The notes: generated by a model from the letters alone, not told the origin. 32,000 nucleotides of DNA from Escherichia coli (GCF_041320195.1 NZ_CP100994.1), one strand, 5' to 3'. Positions 11,516-26,640 are shown, counted from the first letter of the stretch. Made by a program: numbers and translations.

Positions 11516-12052
11516 ATGACGTATCAACAAGCTGGACGCATTGCTGTTTTGAAAAGGATTTTGGGTTGGGTGATTTTTATACCTGCATTGATCTCTACAT
11601 TGATTTCTTTGCTGAAATTTATGAATACCCGACAGGAAAACCAGGAAGGCATTAATGCGGTCATGCTCGACTTTACTCATGTCATGATCGGTATGATGCA
11701 GGCGAATACGCCTTTTTTGAATCTGTTCTGGTATAACTCCCCGACGCCTAATTTTAATGGTGGCGTGAACGTTATGTTCTGGGTGATTTTCATCCTGATC
11801 TTTGTCGGACTGGCGTTGCAGGATTCCGGTGCCCGGATGAGTCGCCAGGCGCGCTTCTTGCGGGAAGGTGTTGAAGATCAACTCATTCTGGAAAAAGCCA
11901 AAGGGGAAGAGGGGCTAACGCGTGAACAAATTGAGTCACGTATTGTTGTTCCGCACCATACTATTTTCCTGCAGTTTTTCTCACTGTATATCCTGCCGGT
12001 TATTTGTATTGCTGCAGGTTATGTGTTCTTTTCTCTGCTTGGGTTTATTTAA
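11516..12052 (+). CDS. yniB: Inner membrane protein YniB
   Basis: 178 aa with hydrophobic segments; start preceded by aaggagaa. Confidence 0.9.
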   Translation: MTYQQAGRIAVLKRILGWVIFIPALISTLISLLKFMNTRQENQEGINAVMLDFTHVMIGMMQANTPFLNLFWYNSPTPNFNGGVNVMFWVIFILIFVGLALQDSGARMSRQARFLREGVEDQLILEKAKGEEGLTREQIESRIVVPHHTIFLQFFSLYILPVICIAAGYVFFSLLGFI

Positions 12053-12092
12053 TCAAAAGGCCGCACAGAGCGGCCATTATCTTCAACCCCTA

Positions 12093-12953
12093 TCATGCTG
12101 CTAATAATCTATCCAGTGACTGCTGAGCAATAACCAAATGCTGACCGCCAAATAACCTTGCACGATTTAACAGCGTGTAGAGTTGGTAAACCGGTTGACG
12201 TTCAAGGAAATCGGCAGGTAGCGGGGATACTGACTGATAACCGTCATAGATTTGTGGCGGCTGTTCAGTATGCAGCGGTAACATCGCCAGGTCGCACTCT
12301 CGGTCACCCCAGTAGCAGGCCGGGTCGAAAATGTACGGGCCATCCGGACCCAGCGCACAGTTGCCGGACCATAAATCGCCGTGCAACAGAGAAGGCTGCG
12401 GTTGATGCGAGGCCAGACGCTGCTGAATATGCTCGACGATGGCATCGATATTGCCGAAAGCGATCCCTTTCTCTGCTGCCAGTTCCAACTGCCAGCCAAT
12501 CCGTTGTTCAGCAAAAAACGTTGACCAGCGACGTTGCCAGGTGTTGGGCTGTGGAGTTGTGGAGAGCGAGTTATCAAAATCGAGGCCAAATTGTGGTTGG
12601 TCACTCCATTGATGTAAACGCGCAATTTGCTGACCAAGAATAAATGCGCTATGCGCATCCAGCGGACGAGGTGGGAGATAATCCATCACCAGAAAACTGT
12701 AGTCACGGTCAGCGCCTACTGCCCAAACCTTAGGCACGGTGACGGTTTTACTACGCGACAGTAACTCCAGTTGGTCAGCTTCGGCGGTAAAACCGGGAAG
12801 CAGTTCCCTTTCATCACATTTGACGAAAAAGTCATGTCCTGCATAGCGCAAATGCCATGCGGCATGGACTTCTCCGCCAGGCAGTTCATTACGCAGTTCG
12901 ATTTCGCCTTCACCTAACTGCTCGCTCAAAAGACGACTGATTGCCTGCCACAT
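12093..12953 (-). CDS. yniA: Fructosamine kinase-family protein YniA
   Basis: 286 aa; PSLLHGDLWSGNC and FDPACYWGDRECDLAM kinase motifs. Confidence 0.93.
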   Translation of the reverse strand: MWQAISRLLSEQLGEGEIELRNELPGGEVHAAWHLRYAGHDFFVKCDERELLPGFTAEADQLELLSRSKTVTVPKVWAVGADRDYSFLVMDYLPPRPLDAHSAFILGQQIARLHQWSDQPQFGLDFDNSLSTTPQPNTWQRRWSTFFAEQRIGWQLELAAEKGIAFGNIDAIVEHIQQRLASHQPQPSLLHGDLWSGNCALGPDGPYIFDPACYWGDRECDLAMLPLHTEQPPQIYDGYQSVSPLPADFLERQPVYQLYTLLNRARLFGGQHLVIAQQSLDRLLAA

Positions 12954-13058
12954 GATGTCTCTCCCATGTTGTCTGCCAGATCATAAGGTTAGCGCAAGAA
13001 TGCGGTGTAAAAACACGAGCTAACGCACACCACAGACTGATTATTGCCCAAAAACCAT

Positions 13059-13349
13059 TTATTTTCTGTTGCTATTCCATTCCTCCCAGGTCGTGATGGT
13101 GATTTCAGGATCTTTGCCGGTTGCACTTTGGGTAAGCCCCGAAACCAGTTCTCTAATTTCTTCTTCACTTTGGGTACTGATAAGTCCAAAAGTGTTAGTC
13201 CCCAGCTCATGGATATTTCCCTCATCATCCGTCATGGTGAGCAAAAAACCGTCGCGAGTCAGGTAATTATTCAACTCGTTAATTTCAGTCAATGTATCCT
13301 CATGCAACATGACGGTTATGACATAACGGACAAGATCGCCACTGGCCAT
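13059..13349 (-). CDS. ydiZ: Uncharacterised protein YdiZ
   Basis: 96 aa, conserved position next to pfkB. Confidence 0.87.
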   Translation of the reverse strand: MASGDLVRYVITVMLHEDTLTEINELNNYLTRDGFLLTMTDDEGNIHELGTNTFGLISTQSEEEIRELVSGLTQSATGKDPEITITTWEEWNSNRK

Positions 13350-13420
13350 AGTTCACCCCTTTGTTATCACATGACTTTTGAGCATAGTCGGAGAAACGCG
13401 TTGCCGACAGGTTGGTGATG

Positions 13421-13448
13421 ATTCCCCCAATGCTGGGGGAATGTTTTT
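13421..13448 (+). terminator. Perfect hairpin with T-tract on the + strand, just beyond the 3' end of pfkB
   Basis: ATTCCCCCA-ATGC-TGGGGGAAT followed by GTTTTTGTT. Confidence 0.65.
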
Positions 13449-13449
13449 G

Positions 13450-14379
13450 TTAGCGGGAAAGGTAAGCGTAAATTTTTTGCGTATCGTCATGGGAGCACAG
13501 ACGTGTACCCTGATTGAGTGTGGCTGCACTCCCCGCAGCTACGCCAAAACGAACCATCTCTTCAAGAGAGGCATTTTCTGCCAGTTTCAGTGTCATCGCG
13601 CCGACCATGCTGTCACCAGCGCCAACGGTACTCTGGCTTTTCACCGGTGGTGGCACCACCTGAATGCAGTTTTCACTATCAACACCCAGCGCTCCTTGTG
13701 GACCCAGGGAAACGACAACCCGTTTGGCCTTGCCGCTATTAACGATTTCCTGCGCGGCTTTGCGGACATCGTCTGGCTGGGTGAGTTCGCGATTCACCAG
13801 CGCACTGAGTTCTTTTTGGTTAGGCTTAACCAACTCGATGTTACCAATCGCCAGTGCTGCACTTAACGCTTCGCCAGAACTGTCGATGATGCAGCGGATC
13901 CCTTGGTTTTGCGCAGCGGAAATCAGTTGGGTTAATTTTTCCAGCTTCACACCTGGCGGCAGGCTTCCGCTTATGACCAGGATGGCCCCGGATTCAATTT
14001 CCAGAACTTGCTCTTCAAGCTGGCGAAACTCATCTTCATTTAATGCCGCGCCTGGCATAACAAAACGATACTGCTCACCGCTTGCTTCCACATGTACGTG
14101 TAAATTCTGCCGGGTCCAGTCTTTGGCTTCTACAGTAGCGACGGGGACATTTTCATCCGCCAACAGTGAAACCAGGTGTTCGCCGGTCGCGCCACCCGCC
14201 GGGAAGATCGCTGTGGCACTGCCTCCAAGATGGGCAATGGCGCGGGCGACGTTGATGCCGCCGCCCCCGGGTTCGAACACCGGTGCGGTACAGCGCAGTT
14301 TTCCTTCGGGATAAATTTGCGGGGTAATTGTTGCGCTATCGAGAGAGGGCGCAAGTGTCAACGTATAGATACGTACCAT
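13450..14379 (-). CDS. pfkB: 6-phosphofructokinase II
   Basis: 309 aa from ATG at 14379; PfkB-family motifs GGGGINVARAIAHLGG and VGAGDSMVGAMTLKL. Confidence 0.97.
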   Translation of the reverse strand: MVRIYTLTLAPSLDSATITPQIYPEGKLRCTAPVFEPGGGGINVARAIAHLGGSATAIFPAGGATGEHLVSLLADENVPVATVEAKDWTRQNLHVHVEASGEQYRFVMPGAALNEDEFRQLEEQVLEIESGAILVISGSLPPGVKLEKLTQLISAAQNQGIRCIIDSSGEALSAALAIGNIELVKPNQKELSALVNRELTQPDDVRKAAQEIVNSGKAKRVVVSLGPQGALGVDSENCIQVVPPPVKSQSTVGAGDSMVGAMTLKLAENASLEEMVRFGVAAGSAATLNQGTRLCSHDDTQKIYAYLSR

Positions 14380-14544
14380 CATTTCCTCCTATAGGCTGAT
14401 TTCAGTCTGGCACCGAATCAGCGGAAAGTGAAGAAATTAACAATATGATTTATTGGAGCTTTATTTAAAATTTTGCAGATAAATATATATAAATAAAAAT
14501 CTGTTTTCGCCACATGCTTATTCAAAAAATGAAATAAGAATACA

Positions 14545-14573
14545 TTGCTAAGTTATTCGCGCCTTTTTATAAT
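14545..14573 (+). promoter_or_regulatory. Near-consensus sigma70 promoter upstream of ydiY
   Basis: TTGCTA (14545-14550), 17-bp spacer, TATAAT (14568-14573). Confidence 0.75.
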
Positions 14574-14621
14574 TCGTTACCTTTCCAAGGACGCTAATCT
14601 TTGATCCTTAAGAAAGTTTCC

Positions 14622-14646
14622 GGGACCGCGATGGTCTCTTTTTTTG
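14622..14646 (+). terminator. Intrinsic terminator in the ydiY leader
   Basis: GGGACC-GCGAT-GGTCTC (one G-U pair) followed directly by seven T. Confidence 0.8.
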
Positions 14647-14665
14647 TTGTACGGACTCTTGATAA

Positions 14666-15424
14666 ATGAAGCTTTTGAAGACAGTTCCTGCCATCGTTAT
14701 GTTGGCGGGGGGCATGTTTGCGTCACTGAATGCAGCTGCCGATGATTCCGTTTTTACTGTCATGGACGATCCTGCCAGCGCTAAAAAACCTTTCGAAGGT
14801 AATCTGAACGCAGGATATCTTGCACAATCAGGCAATACGAAAAGCTCCTCACTTACGGCTGACACCACCATGACCTGGTATGGACAAACCACTGCCTGGT
14901 CGCTGTGGGGGAACGCCAGTAATACTTCTTCTAATGATGAGCGTTCTTCAGAAAAATATGCGGCGGGCGGGCGTAGCCGTTTTAATTTAACTGATTATGA
15001 CTATTTATTTGGTCAGGCAAGCTGGCTGACAGACCGTTATAACGGCTATCGAGAGCGCGATGTTTTGACCGCGGGTTATGGTCGTCAGTTTTTGAATGGC
15101 CCGGTACACAGTTTCCGCTTTGAATTCGGTCCAGGTGTGCGTTACGACAAATATACCGACAATGCCAGTGAAACCCAGCCGCTGGGCTATGCCTCCGGGG
15201 CTTATGCATGGCAGTTGACTGACAACGCTAAATTTACGCAGGGTGTTTCGGTCTTTGGCGCGGAAGACACAACGCTGAACTCCGAAAGCGCATTAAATGT
15301 TGCTATTAATGAACATTTTGGACTGAAGGTGGCTTACAACGTCACATGGAACTCTGAACCTCCAGAGTCTGCACCGGAACATACCGACCGTCGGACAACC
15401 TTATCGCTGGGCTACAGCATGTAA
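14666..15424 (+). CDS. ydiY: DUF481-family outer-membrane-like protein YdiY
   Basis: 252 aa with signal peptide (MKLLKTVPAIVMLAGGMFASLNAAA) and repeated beta-strand pattern. Confidence 0.93.
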   Translation: MKLLKTVPAIVMLAGGMFASLNAAADDSVFTVMDDPASAKKPFEGNLNAGYLAQSGNTKSSSLTADTTMTWYGQTTAWSLWGNASNTSSNDERSSEKYAAGGRSRFNLTDYDYLFGQASWLTDRYNGYRERDVLTAGYGRQFLNGPVHSFRFEFGPGVRYDKYTDNASETQPLGYASGAYAWQLTDNAKFTQGVSVFGAEDTTLNSESALNVAINEHFGLKVAYNVTWNSEPPESAPEHTDRRTTLSLGYSM

Positions 15425-15432
15425 AATTATCT

Positions 15433-15457
15433 GCCGGACCGTGTTATGCGGTCTGGC
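15433..15457 (+). terminator. Hairpin after ydiY
   Basis: GCCGGACCG-tgttatg-CGGTCTGGC followed by TGTCTTCGTTT. Confidence 0.45.
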
Positions 15458-15476
15458 TGTCTTCGTTTGTCACTGC

Positions 15477-15584
15477 TCAGCCCCAAATCATTGCTGCCCA
15501 ACGTAGCAACAACATAGCGCCACAGATTGCCAGTAGCACCACCACCATCTTCCAGTGTTTTTTATCAAAGCGTTTAGTCGGCAT
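15477..15584 (-). CDS. yniD: Small membrane protein YniD
   Basis: 35 aa MPTKRFDKKHWKMVVVLLAICGAMLLLRWAAMIWG, positively charged N-terminus plus one TM helix; the track ORF of 72 aa is over-extended. Confidence 0.85.
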   Translation of the reverse strand: MPTKRFDKKHWKMVVVLLAICGAMLLLRWAAMIWG

Positions 15585-15758
15585 ACCAGTGTCCTGCATA
15601 TCTCTTGTGCGTGATAACGGAGTGTAACAAAAGGGACAGGCATCAAGGGATTTTTTGTTATTACAGCCGTCGGGTGGCGTTGTACACCTGATCACTGTTT
15701 CTGCGTTTTATGAAAAAATAAAATTATGTATCGATATATAAATATCGTAAATAGCTGG

Positions 15759-17657
15759 TTATAAATACGTCTTTAGTTCATCAGCACTAAAACTCAGGCT
15801 TTGGCTGATTACATTTATAGCAGCATAATATGTTTCTACAGTTTTATAATGATTATGATGAATGGCTATATGAACAGCTGACATGTTGTCATGATTTTTA
15901 GCAGCCAACAGTGTAAATAACTGATGTTGACTAAAAGAATGTTTTTTTGCAAAAGCACCCAGCGTCGATATATAAGATAACACGACGTCTTCATTACCCT
16001 TGCTCATGGCGATGTATAATGCAGGGGTTCCCTGTGCTGTAGCTCCTTTTAATAAATCCATGATGTTAGCTTTGCTCAACTTGTATTTAAAGGCGATGCC
16101 ATTAATTTTAGAGAGGAACCGTGTGACACACAAAGGGTGATTGTTTTCCATTGCAGCAAATAACCCTGGTTCACCATCACGTGTTTTCATTGCTAAAATA
16201 TCCATCACCATTTTTTTGTTTAAAAGCTCTTGTGCTATTGGAGTGGTTAATGCATTCAGAAAGATATCGATTATCTCATCGAATCCATACAACATGGAGA
16301 TATAGAGTCCAGGTGTTTCGTTAGCACTTTTAGTTTGCAGTAATTTAACCAGATTATCTTCATGAATGATGTGATTATCTACCAGTGACTGAATTTCTTG
16401 CATAAATATTTTCACGTTGTCAGTATGTCCGTTCATCATAGCCAAAAATAAAGCAGGTGTACCAACGCTATTCTGCGCAGTTATTATTTCAATGATTTCT
16501 TTTTCAGGGAGTATGTGCAACTGTCTGAATAATGTAATTAGCTGTTGAGTCTGGCCTGTGGCCATTATTAACAACATTGCCGATGGATGTATAGGGGCAA
16601 ATGGCATTCGTGTCGCGATACCCGTGAAAATAGCCCCTGGAACTCCCTCAGGTAATAGGGGCAGAATAGCAATTGCACAGTTGTGAACATACCTATCAGC
16701 CCAGGTCTGAGCATCGGGACCTGAACTGATGAACTTATCAAGCGAGAGAAAGCCCCGTGCTGTCCTGTGGGTGCCTCTGACGGCAACGTTGGTATCGTTC
16801 GGGTCGTAAACGGACACAACATAATTTAATTGCCCATACGCCGACTGTTTTATTCGTAGCCTTACTGACAAAGTATGATTGTCTATATATAAAATCGCGG
16901 ACATATGACTGACATTGTTTGCCATCATTCGACAGAAGAAAATATCTAAAGCGAAGCCAAAATCCTTACTCGCGATAACGCGACTCCCTGCAGGAGGATG
17001 GCGAAGTAAGGCTCTGAACTCCGCGTCCCGGACTAAGGGGACATGCTGTTGTATGGATTCAACGGAGGAGTAATGTTTAATCAGGTTGACTTTGCCTTCT
17101 CCATTTCCCAGTGAATCAAGGGCGTATTGCAATGACAGATGGCGACAAAAAATAGCGTCAGAAGGAGATTGCGAAAAAAATGCACTACCATTGAGATTTA
17201 CTGTTGGTTGTATAGTTTTTTCTCTATGGATTTTTTTAGACAGTTTCATACAATGGTTACGATCTTCGGCAGTTAACTGTTCCTGTTCAATATAATCCAG
17301 TATGCTTCGCAAATGGTTAGCTTTAATAGGCGTGGTTTCCAGTAATAAGGAAATGATTTCTTTTTTATAGTGTAATGTAATGAGTATATTTTCTGCATGG
17401 ATGGGTGAAGTGGCAAAGTTAATGGTAAAAAGGTCAGTGGAATAACAATTTTGTGATATTTCTCGACAGTTTGCGGTAAATTCCTGAGTAACACAGTATG
17501 ACAGCATCGAACTTAAGTCAGAGGTATCAAGTAGGGTGATGAGTTGGCGCGCAAATTGATTAATAGGCTCTGATGAAGGCGTTGGTATGTCGCTATCGAT
17601 GTGCAATCTATGAGGAGACTTATAATGAGTTCTGATAATGATATCGTTTTGACTCAT
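15759..17657 (-). CDS. arpB: Ankyrin repeat protein ArpB, uninterrupted reading frame
   Basis: 632 aa single frame; C-terminal ankyrin-like repeats ([43 protein letters not shown]). Confidence 0.85.
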   Translation of the reverse strand: MSQNDIIIRTHYKSPHRLHIDSDIPTPSSEPINQFARQLITLLDTSDLSSMLSYCVTQEFTANCREISQNCYSTDLFTINFATSPIHAENILITLHYKKEIISLLLETTPIKANHLRSILDYIEQEQLTAEDRNHCMKLSKKIHREKTIQPTVNLNGSAFFSQSPSDAIFCRHLSLQYALDSLGNGEGKVNLIKHYSSVESIQQHVPLVRDAEFRALLRHPPAGSRVIASKDFGFALDIFFCRMMANNVSHMSAILYIDNHTLSVRLRIKQSAYGQLNYVVSVYDPNDTNVAVRGTHRTARGFLSLDKFISSGPDAQTWADRYVHNCAIAILPLLPEGVPGAIFTGIATRMPFAPIHPSAMLLIMATGQTQQLITLFRQLHILPEKEIIEIITAQNSVGTPALFLAMMNGHTDNVKIFMQEIQSLVDNHIIHEDNLVKLLQTKSANETPGLYISMLYGFDEIIDIFLNALTTPIAQELLNKKMVMDILAMKTRDGEPGLFAAMENNHPLCVTRFLSKINGIAFKYKLSKANIMDLLKGATAQGTPALYIAMSKGNEDVVLSYISTLGAFAKKHSFSQHQLFTLLAAKNHDNMSAVHIAIHHNHYKTVETYYAAINVISQSLSFSADELKTYL

Positions 17658-18017
17658 AATCTATTCGCCTTATATATGTCTGGAGGTTTTGAGGATGATG
17701 ATTAATTATTATCGCCAGAACGAAATGTGCACGAAAAATTGCTATAAGAATTGTGTCACTTTTATCATTGTGGTATGACCAGTTCGTCATTAATCTCATG
17801 ATCGTTTAAATACTACCGCCAAATCATGCAACGAACTTTGCTGGATTCAATTTATGCTGCTGTAAATCCGCTCGCAGTAAACCTTTCAGACGCTCCGTGA
17901 TGTTATCAGTGATTCTTTAAGCGTTTTGCTGGTGTACTCACTACAAACGAATTGCGAATCGAATCAATGTGAAACGGAAAGGTACAATCTCCCTTTTTTT
18001 AGTGTTAACATCGCTCA

Positions 18018-18179
18018 ACCGGGTGGAAGGTGAGAGGTTAATGTCTTTCATTTGTGTACCTGATTGCGAACCAATTTAGCATTTGTTGGCTAGATGGTTT
18101 CGCAATGAACTGTTAATAAACAAATTTTTCTTTGTATGTGATCTTTCGTGTGGGTCACCACTGCAAATAAGGATATAAA
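18018..18179 (+). promoter_or_regulatory. thrS leader with tRNA-Thr-mimicking translational operator
   Basis: Leader upstream of thrS; hairpin GTGATC...GTCAC (18138-18157) with loop carrying CGT (18147-18149), the threonine anticodon-like triplet known from E. coli thrS autoregulation. Leader boundaries approximate. Confidence 0.75.
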
Positions 18180-20108
18180 ATGCCTGTTATAACTCTTCCT
18201 GATGGCAGCCAACGCCATTACGACCACGCTGTAAGCCCCATGGATGTTGCGCTGGACATTGGTCCAGGTCTGGCGAAAGCCTGTATCGCAGGGCGCGTTA
18301 ATGGCGAACTGGTTGATGCTTGCGATCTGATTGAAAACGACGCACAACTGTCGATCATTACCGCCAAAGACGAAGAAGGTCTGGAGATCATTCGTCACTC
18401 CTGTGCGCACCTGTTAGGGCACGCGATTAAACAACTTTGGCCGCATACCAAAATGGCAATCGGCCCGGTTATTGACAACGGTTTTTATTACGACGTTGAT
18501 CTTGACCGCACGTTAACCCAGGAAGATGTCGAAGCACTCGAGAAGCGGATGCATGAGCTTGCTGAGAAAAACTACGACGTCATTAAGAAGAAAGTCAGCT
18601 GGCACGAAGCGCGTGAAACTTTCGCCAACCGTGGGGAGAGCTACAAAGTCTCCATTCTTGACGAAAACATCGCCCATGATGACAAGCCAGGTCTGTACTT
18701 CCATGAAGAATATGTCGATATGTGCCGCGGTCCGCACGTACCGAACATGCGTTTCTGCCATCATTTCAAACTAATGAAAACGGCAGGGGCTTACTGGCGT
18801 GGCGACAGCAACAACAAAATGTTGCAACGTATTTACGGTACGGCGTGGGCAGACAAAAAAGCACTTAACGCTTACCTGCAGCGCCTGGAAGAAGCCGCGA
18901 AACGCGACCACCGTAAAATCGGTAAACAGCTCGACCTGTACCATATGCAGGAAGAAGCGCCGGGTATGGTATTCTGGCACAACGACGGCTGGACCATCTT
19001 CCGTGAACTGGAAGTGTTTGTTCGTTCTAAACTGAAAGAGTACCAGTATCAGGAAGTTAAAGGTCCGTTCATGATGGACCGTGTCCTGTGGGAAAAAACC
19101 GGTCACTGGGACAACTACAAAGATGCAATGTTCACCACGTCTTCTGAGAACCGTGAATACTGCATTAAGCCGATGAACTGCCCGGGTCACGTACAAATTT
19201 TCAACCAGGGGCTGAAGTCGTATCGCGATCTGCCGCTGCGTATGGCCGAGTTTGGTAGCTGCCACCGTAACGAGCCGTCAGGTTCTCTGCATGGCCTGAT
19301 GCGCGTGCGTGGATTCACCCAGGATGACGCGCATATCTTCTGTACTGAAGAACAAATTCGCGATGAAGTTAACGGATGTATCCGTTTAGTCTATGATATG
19401 TACAGCACTTTTGGCTTCGAGAAGATCGTCGTCAAACTTTCCACTCGTCCTGAAAAACGTATTGGCAGCGACGAAATGTGGGATCGTGCTGAGGCGGACC
19501 TGGCGGTTGCGCTGGAAGAAAACAACATCCCGTTTGAATATCAACTGGGTGAAGGCGCTTTCTACGGTCCGAAAATTGAATTTACCCTGTATGACTGCCT
19601 CGATCGTGCATGGCAGTGCGGTACAGTACAGCTGGACTTCTCCTTGCCGTCTCGTCTGAGCGCCTCCTATGTGGGCGAAGACAACGAGCGTAAGGTACCG
19701 GTAATGATTCACCGCGCAATTCTTGGGTCGATGGAACGTTTCATCGGTATCCTGACCGAAGAATTCGCTGGTTTCTTCCCGACCTGGCTTGCGCCGGTTC
19801 AGGTTGTTATCATGAATATTACCGATTCACAGTCTGATTACGTTAACGAATTGACGCAAAAACTATCAAATGCGGGCATTCGTGTTAAAGCAGACTTGAG
19901 AAATGAGAAGATTGGCTTTAAAATCCGCGAGCACACTTTGCGTCGCGTCCCATATATGCTGGTCTGTGGTGATAAAGAGGTGGAATCAGGCAAAGTTGCC
20001 GTTCGCACCCGCCGTGGTAAAGACCTGGGAAGCATGGACGTAAATGAAGTGATCGAGAAGCTGCAACAAGAGATTCGCAGCCGCAGTCTTAAACAATTGG
20101 AGGAATAA
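18180..20108 (+). CDS. thrS: Threonyl-tRNA synthetase
   Basis: 642 aa, TGS domain plus class II aaRS motifs. Confidence 0.99.
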
Positions 20109-20654
<546 letters not shown>

Positions 20655-20726
20655 GGCCTTCAAGTAGCACTGTCTGTGGAGCCTTTGGGCTTCACAGGCA
20701 TTGTTCGCCTTTGTTTCGTTTATTAA

Positions 20727-20948
<222 letters not shown>

Positions 20949-20974
20949 GCCGTTAGCGTTTTTTAACTTTTTAA

Positions 20975-21358
<384 letters not shown>

Positions 21359-21365
21359 GCCAGTT

Positions 21366-21392
21366 GAAAGAGGGAGCTAGTCTCCCTCTTTT
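21366..21392 (+). terminator. Intrinsic terminator after rplT
   Basis: AAAGAGGGAG-CTAG-TCTCCCTCTTTT hairpin. Confidence 0.85.
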
Positions 21393-21480
21393 CGTTTCAA
21401 CGCCATCAAAACATTGACTTTTATCGCCGTAGCCTTTTCAATAAAGGTCTTTTGAAGAGTACCAAAAGGTAACGCAAGCA

Positions 21481-21525
21481 ATGAATGCTGCTATTTTCCG
21501 CTTCTTTTTTTACTTTAGCACCTGA
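21481..21525 (+). CDS. pheM: pheST operon leader peptide
   Basis: [14 protein letters not shown], 14 aa with five Phe, upstream of an attenuator. Confidence 0.97.
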
Positions 21526-21572
21526 ATCCAGGAGGCTAGCGCGTGAGAAGAGAAACGGAAAACAGCGCCTGA

Positions 21573-21597
21573 AAGCCTCCCAGTGGAGGCTTTTTTT
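21573..21597 (+). terminator. pheST attenuator terminator
   Basis: AAGCCTCC-CAGT-GGAGGCTT followed by a T-tract. Confidence 0.92.
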
Positions 21598-21765
21598 GTA
21601 TGCGCGTTTTGAAAAATAAAAAGTCAGTCTATCAGGCGTAATTGTCGCAGCCAGTCTGGACACGGTCAGCGCGGAGAAACCGGAGCGTACTTAAGTACGT
21701 GAGGATTTCGAGCACTGCCCGAGGCCAAAATGGCAAGTAAAATAGCCTGATGGGATAGGCTCTAA

Positions 21766-22791
<1,026 letters not shown>

Positions 22792-22802
22792 GGCAGGAAT
22801 AG

Positions 22803-25193
<2,391 letters not shown>

Positions 25194-25197
25194 ACCT

Positions 25198-25497
25198 ATG
25201 GCGCTTACAAAAGCTGAAATGTCAGAATATCTGTTTGATAAGCTTGGGCTTAGCAAGCGGGATGCCAAAGAACTGGTTGAACTGTTTTTCGAAGAGATCC
25301 GTCGCGCTCTGGAAAACGGCGAACAGGTGAAACTCTCTGGTTTTGGTAACTTCGATCTGCGTGATAAGAATCAACGCCCGGGACGTAACCCGAAAACGGG
25401 CGAGGATATTCCCATTACAGCACGGCGCGTGGTGACCTTCAGACCCGGGCAGAAGTTAAAAAGCCGGGTCGAAAACGCTTCGCCCAAAGACGAGTAA
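25198..25497 (+). CDS. ihfA: Integration host factor alpha subunit
   Basis: 99 aa; [39 protein letters not shown]. Confidence 0.99.
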
Positions 25498-25510
25498 TCT
25501 GATCTAACTA

Positions 25511-25535
25511 AAAAGGCCGCGCTGCGGCCTTTTTT
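25511..25535 (+). terminator. Intrinsic terminator after ihfA
   Basis: AAAAGGCCGC-GCT-GCGGCCTTTTTT. Confidence 0.92.
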
Positions 25536-25597
25536 CTTTTCACTGTCGAAGAGTCACCGTAAAATCAACGCCATGACACTTCAGCAGAACGGATACC

Positions 25598-26578
25598 ATG
25601 CTGACACTTGCCCGCCAACAACAGCGACAAAATATTCGCTGGTTATTATGCCTGTCAGTTTTGATGCTGCTGGCGCTTCTCTTAAGCCTTTGCGCCGGTG
25701 AACAATGGATTTCGCCAGGTGACTGGTTTTCTCCTCGTGGCGAACTGTTCGTCTGGCAAATTCGCCTGCCACGTACGCTGGCTGTATTGCTGGTTGGTGC
25801 GGCGCTGGCTATATCCGGCGCTGTAATGCAGGCGTTGTTTGAAAATCCTCTGGCAGAACCTGGACTACTTGGCGTCTCTAACGGCGCAGGCGTGGGGCTT
25901 ATCGCCGCGGTATTGCTTGGGCAAGGGCAACTCCCCAACTGGGCGCTAGGGCTGTGTGCGATTGCTGGCGCGCTTATCATCACTTTAATACTCTTACGTT
26001 TCGCCCGTCGTCATCTTTCGACCAGTCGGTTATTGCTGGCTGGCGTTGCATTAGGGATTATCTGTAGCGCACTAATGACGTGGGCTATCTACTTTTCCAC
26101 CTCTGTTGATTTACGTCAGCTGATGTACTGGATGATGGGCGGTTTTGGCGGCGTAGACTGGCGGCAAAGCTGGCTGATGCTGGCATTGATCCCCGTGTTG
26201 TTGTGGATCTGTTGTCAGTCCAGGCCGATGAATATGTTAGCACTTGGCGAGATCTCGGCGCGGCAACTGGGTTTACCCCTGTGGTTCTGGCGCAATGTGC
26301 TGGTGGCAGCGACCGGCTGGATGGTTGGCGTCAGTGTGGCGCTGGCGGGTGCTATCGGCTTTATTGGTCTGGTGATCCCACATATTCTCCGGTTGTGTGG
26401 TTTAACCGATCATCGCGCATTACTTCCCGGCTGCGCGCTGGCAGGGGCGAGCGCATTGCTGCTGGCCGATATTGTAGCGCGCCTGGCATTAGCTGCCGCA
26501 GAGCTGCCTATTGGCGTGGTCACCGCAACGTTGGGTGCGCCGGTGTTTATCTGGTTATTGTTAAAAGCAGGACGTTAG
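25598..26578 (+). CDS. btuC: Vitamin B12 ABC transporter permease
   Basis: 326 aa FecCD-family permease; GGVSNGAG-like and [12 protein letters not shown] motifs. Confidence 0.98.
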   Translation: MLTLARQQQRQNIRWLLCLSVLMLLALLLSLCAGEQWISPGDWFSPRGELFVWQIRLPRTLAVLLVGAALAISGAVMQALFENPLAEPGLLGVSNGAGVGLIAAVLLGQGQLPNWALGLCAIAGALIITLILLRFARRHLSTSRLLLAGVALGIICSALMTWAIYFSTSVDLRQLMYWMMGGFGGVDWRQSWLMLALIPVLLWICCQSRPMNMLALGEISARQLGLPLWFWRNVLVAATGWMVGVSVALAGAIGFIGLVIPHILRLCGLTDHRALLPGCALAGASALLLADIVARLALAAAELPIGVVTATLGAPVFIWLLLKAGR

Positions 26579-26640
26579 CCGCAAAAAGACGGTCTATGAT
26601 TAAAAGCTAAGATTTTTACTGACCACACCCAGGAGAAACG

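Noticed and set aside
12158-12658. 161-aa and 163-aa ORFs overlapping yniA
   Set aside because: One antisense and one in an alternative frame; yniA has conserved kinase motifs, these have none.
13518-14314. ORFs antisense to pfkB (13518-13742, 13664-14314)
   Set aside because: Shadow ORFs of pfkB.
18771-19265. 164-aa ORF antisense to thrS, plus other antisense ORFs across thrS
   Set aside because: Fully inside thrS, no start context or motif; conserved coding strand explains the openness.
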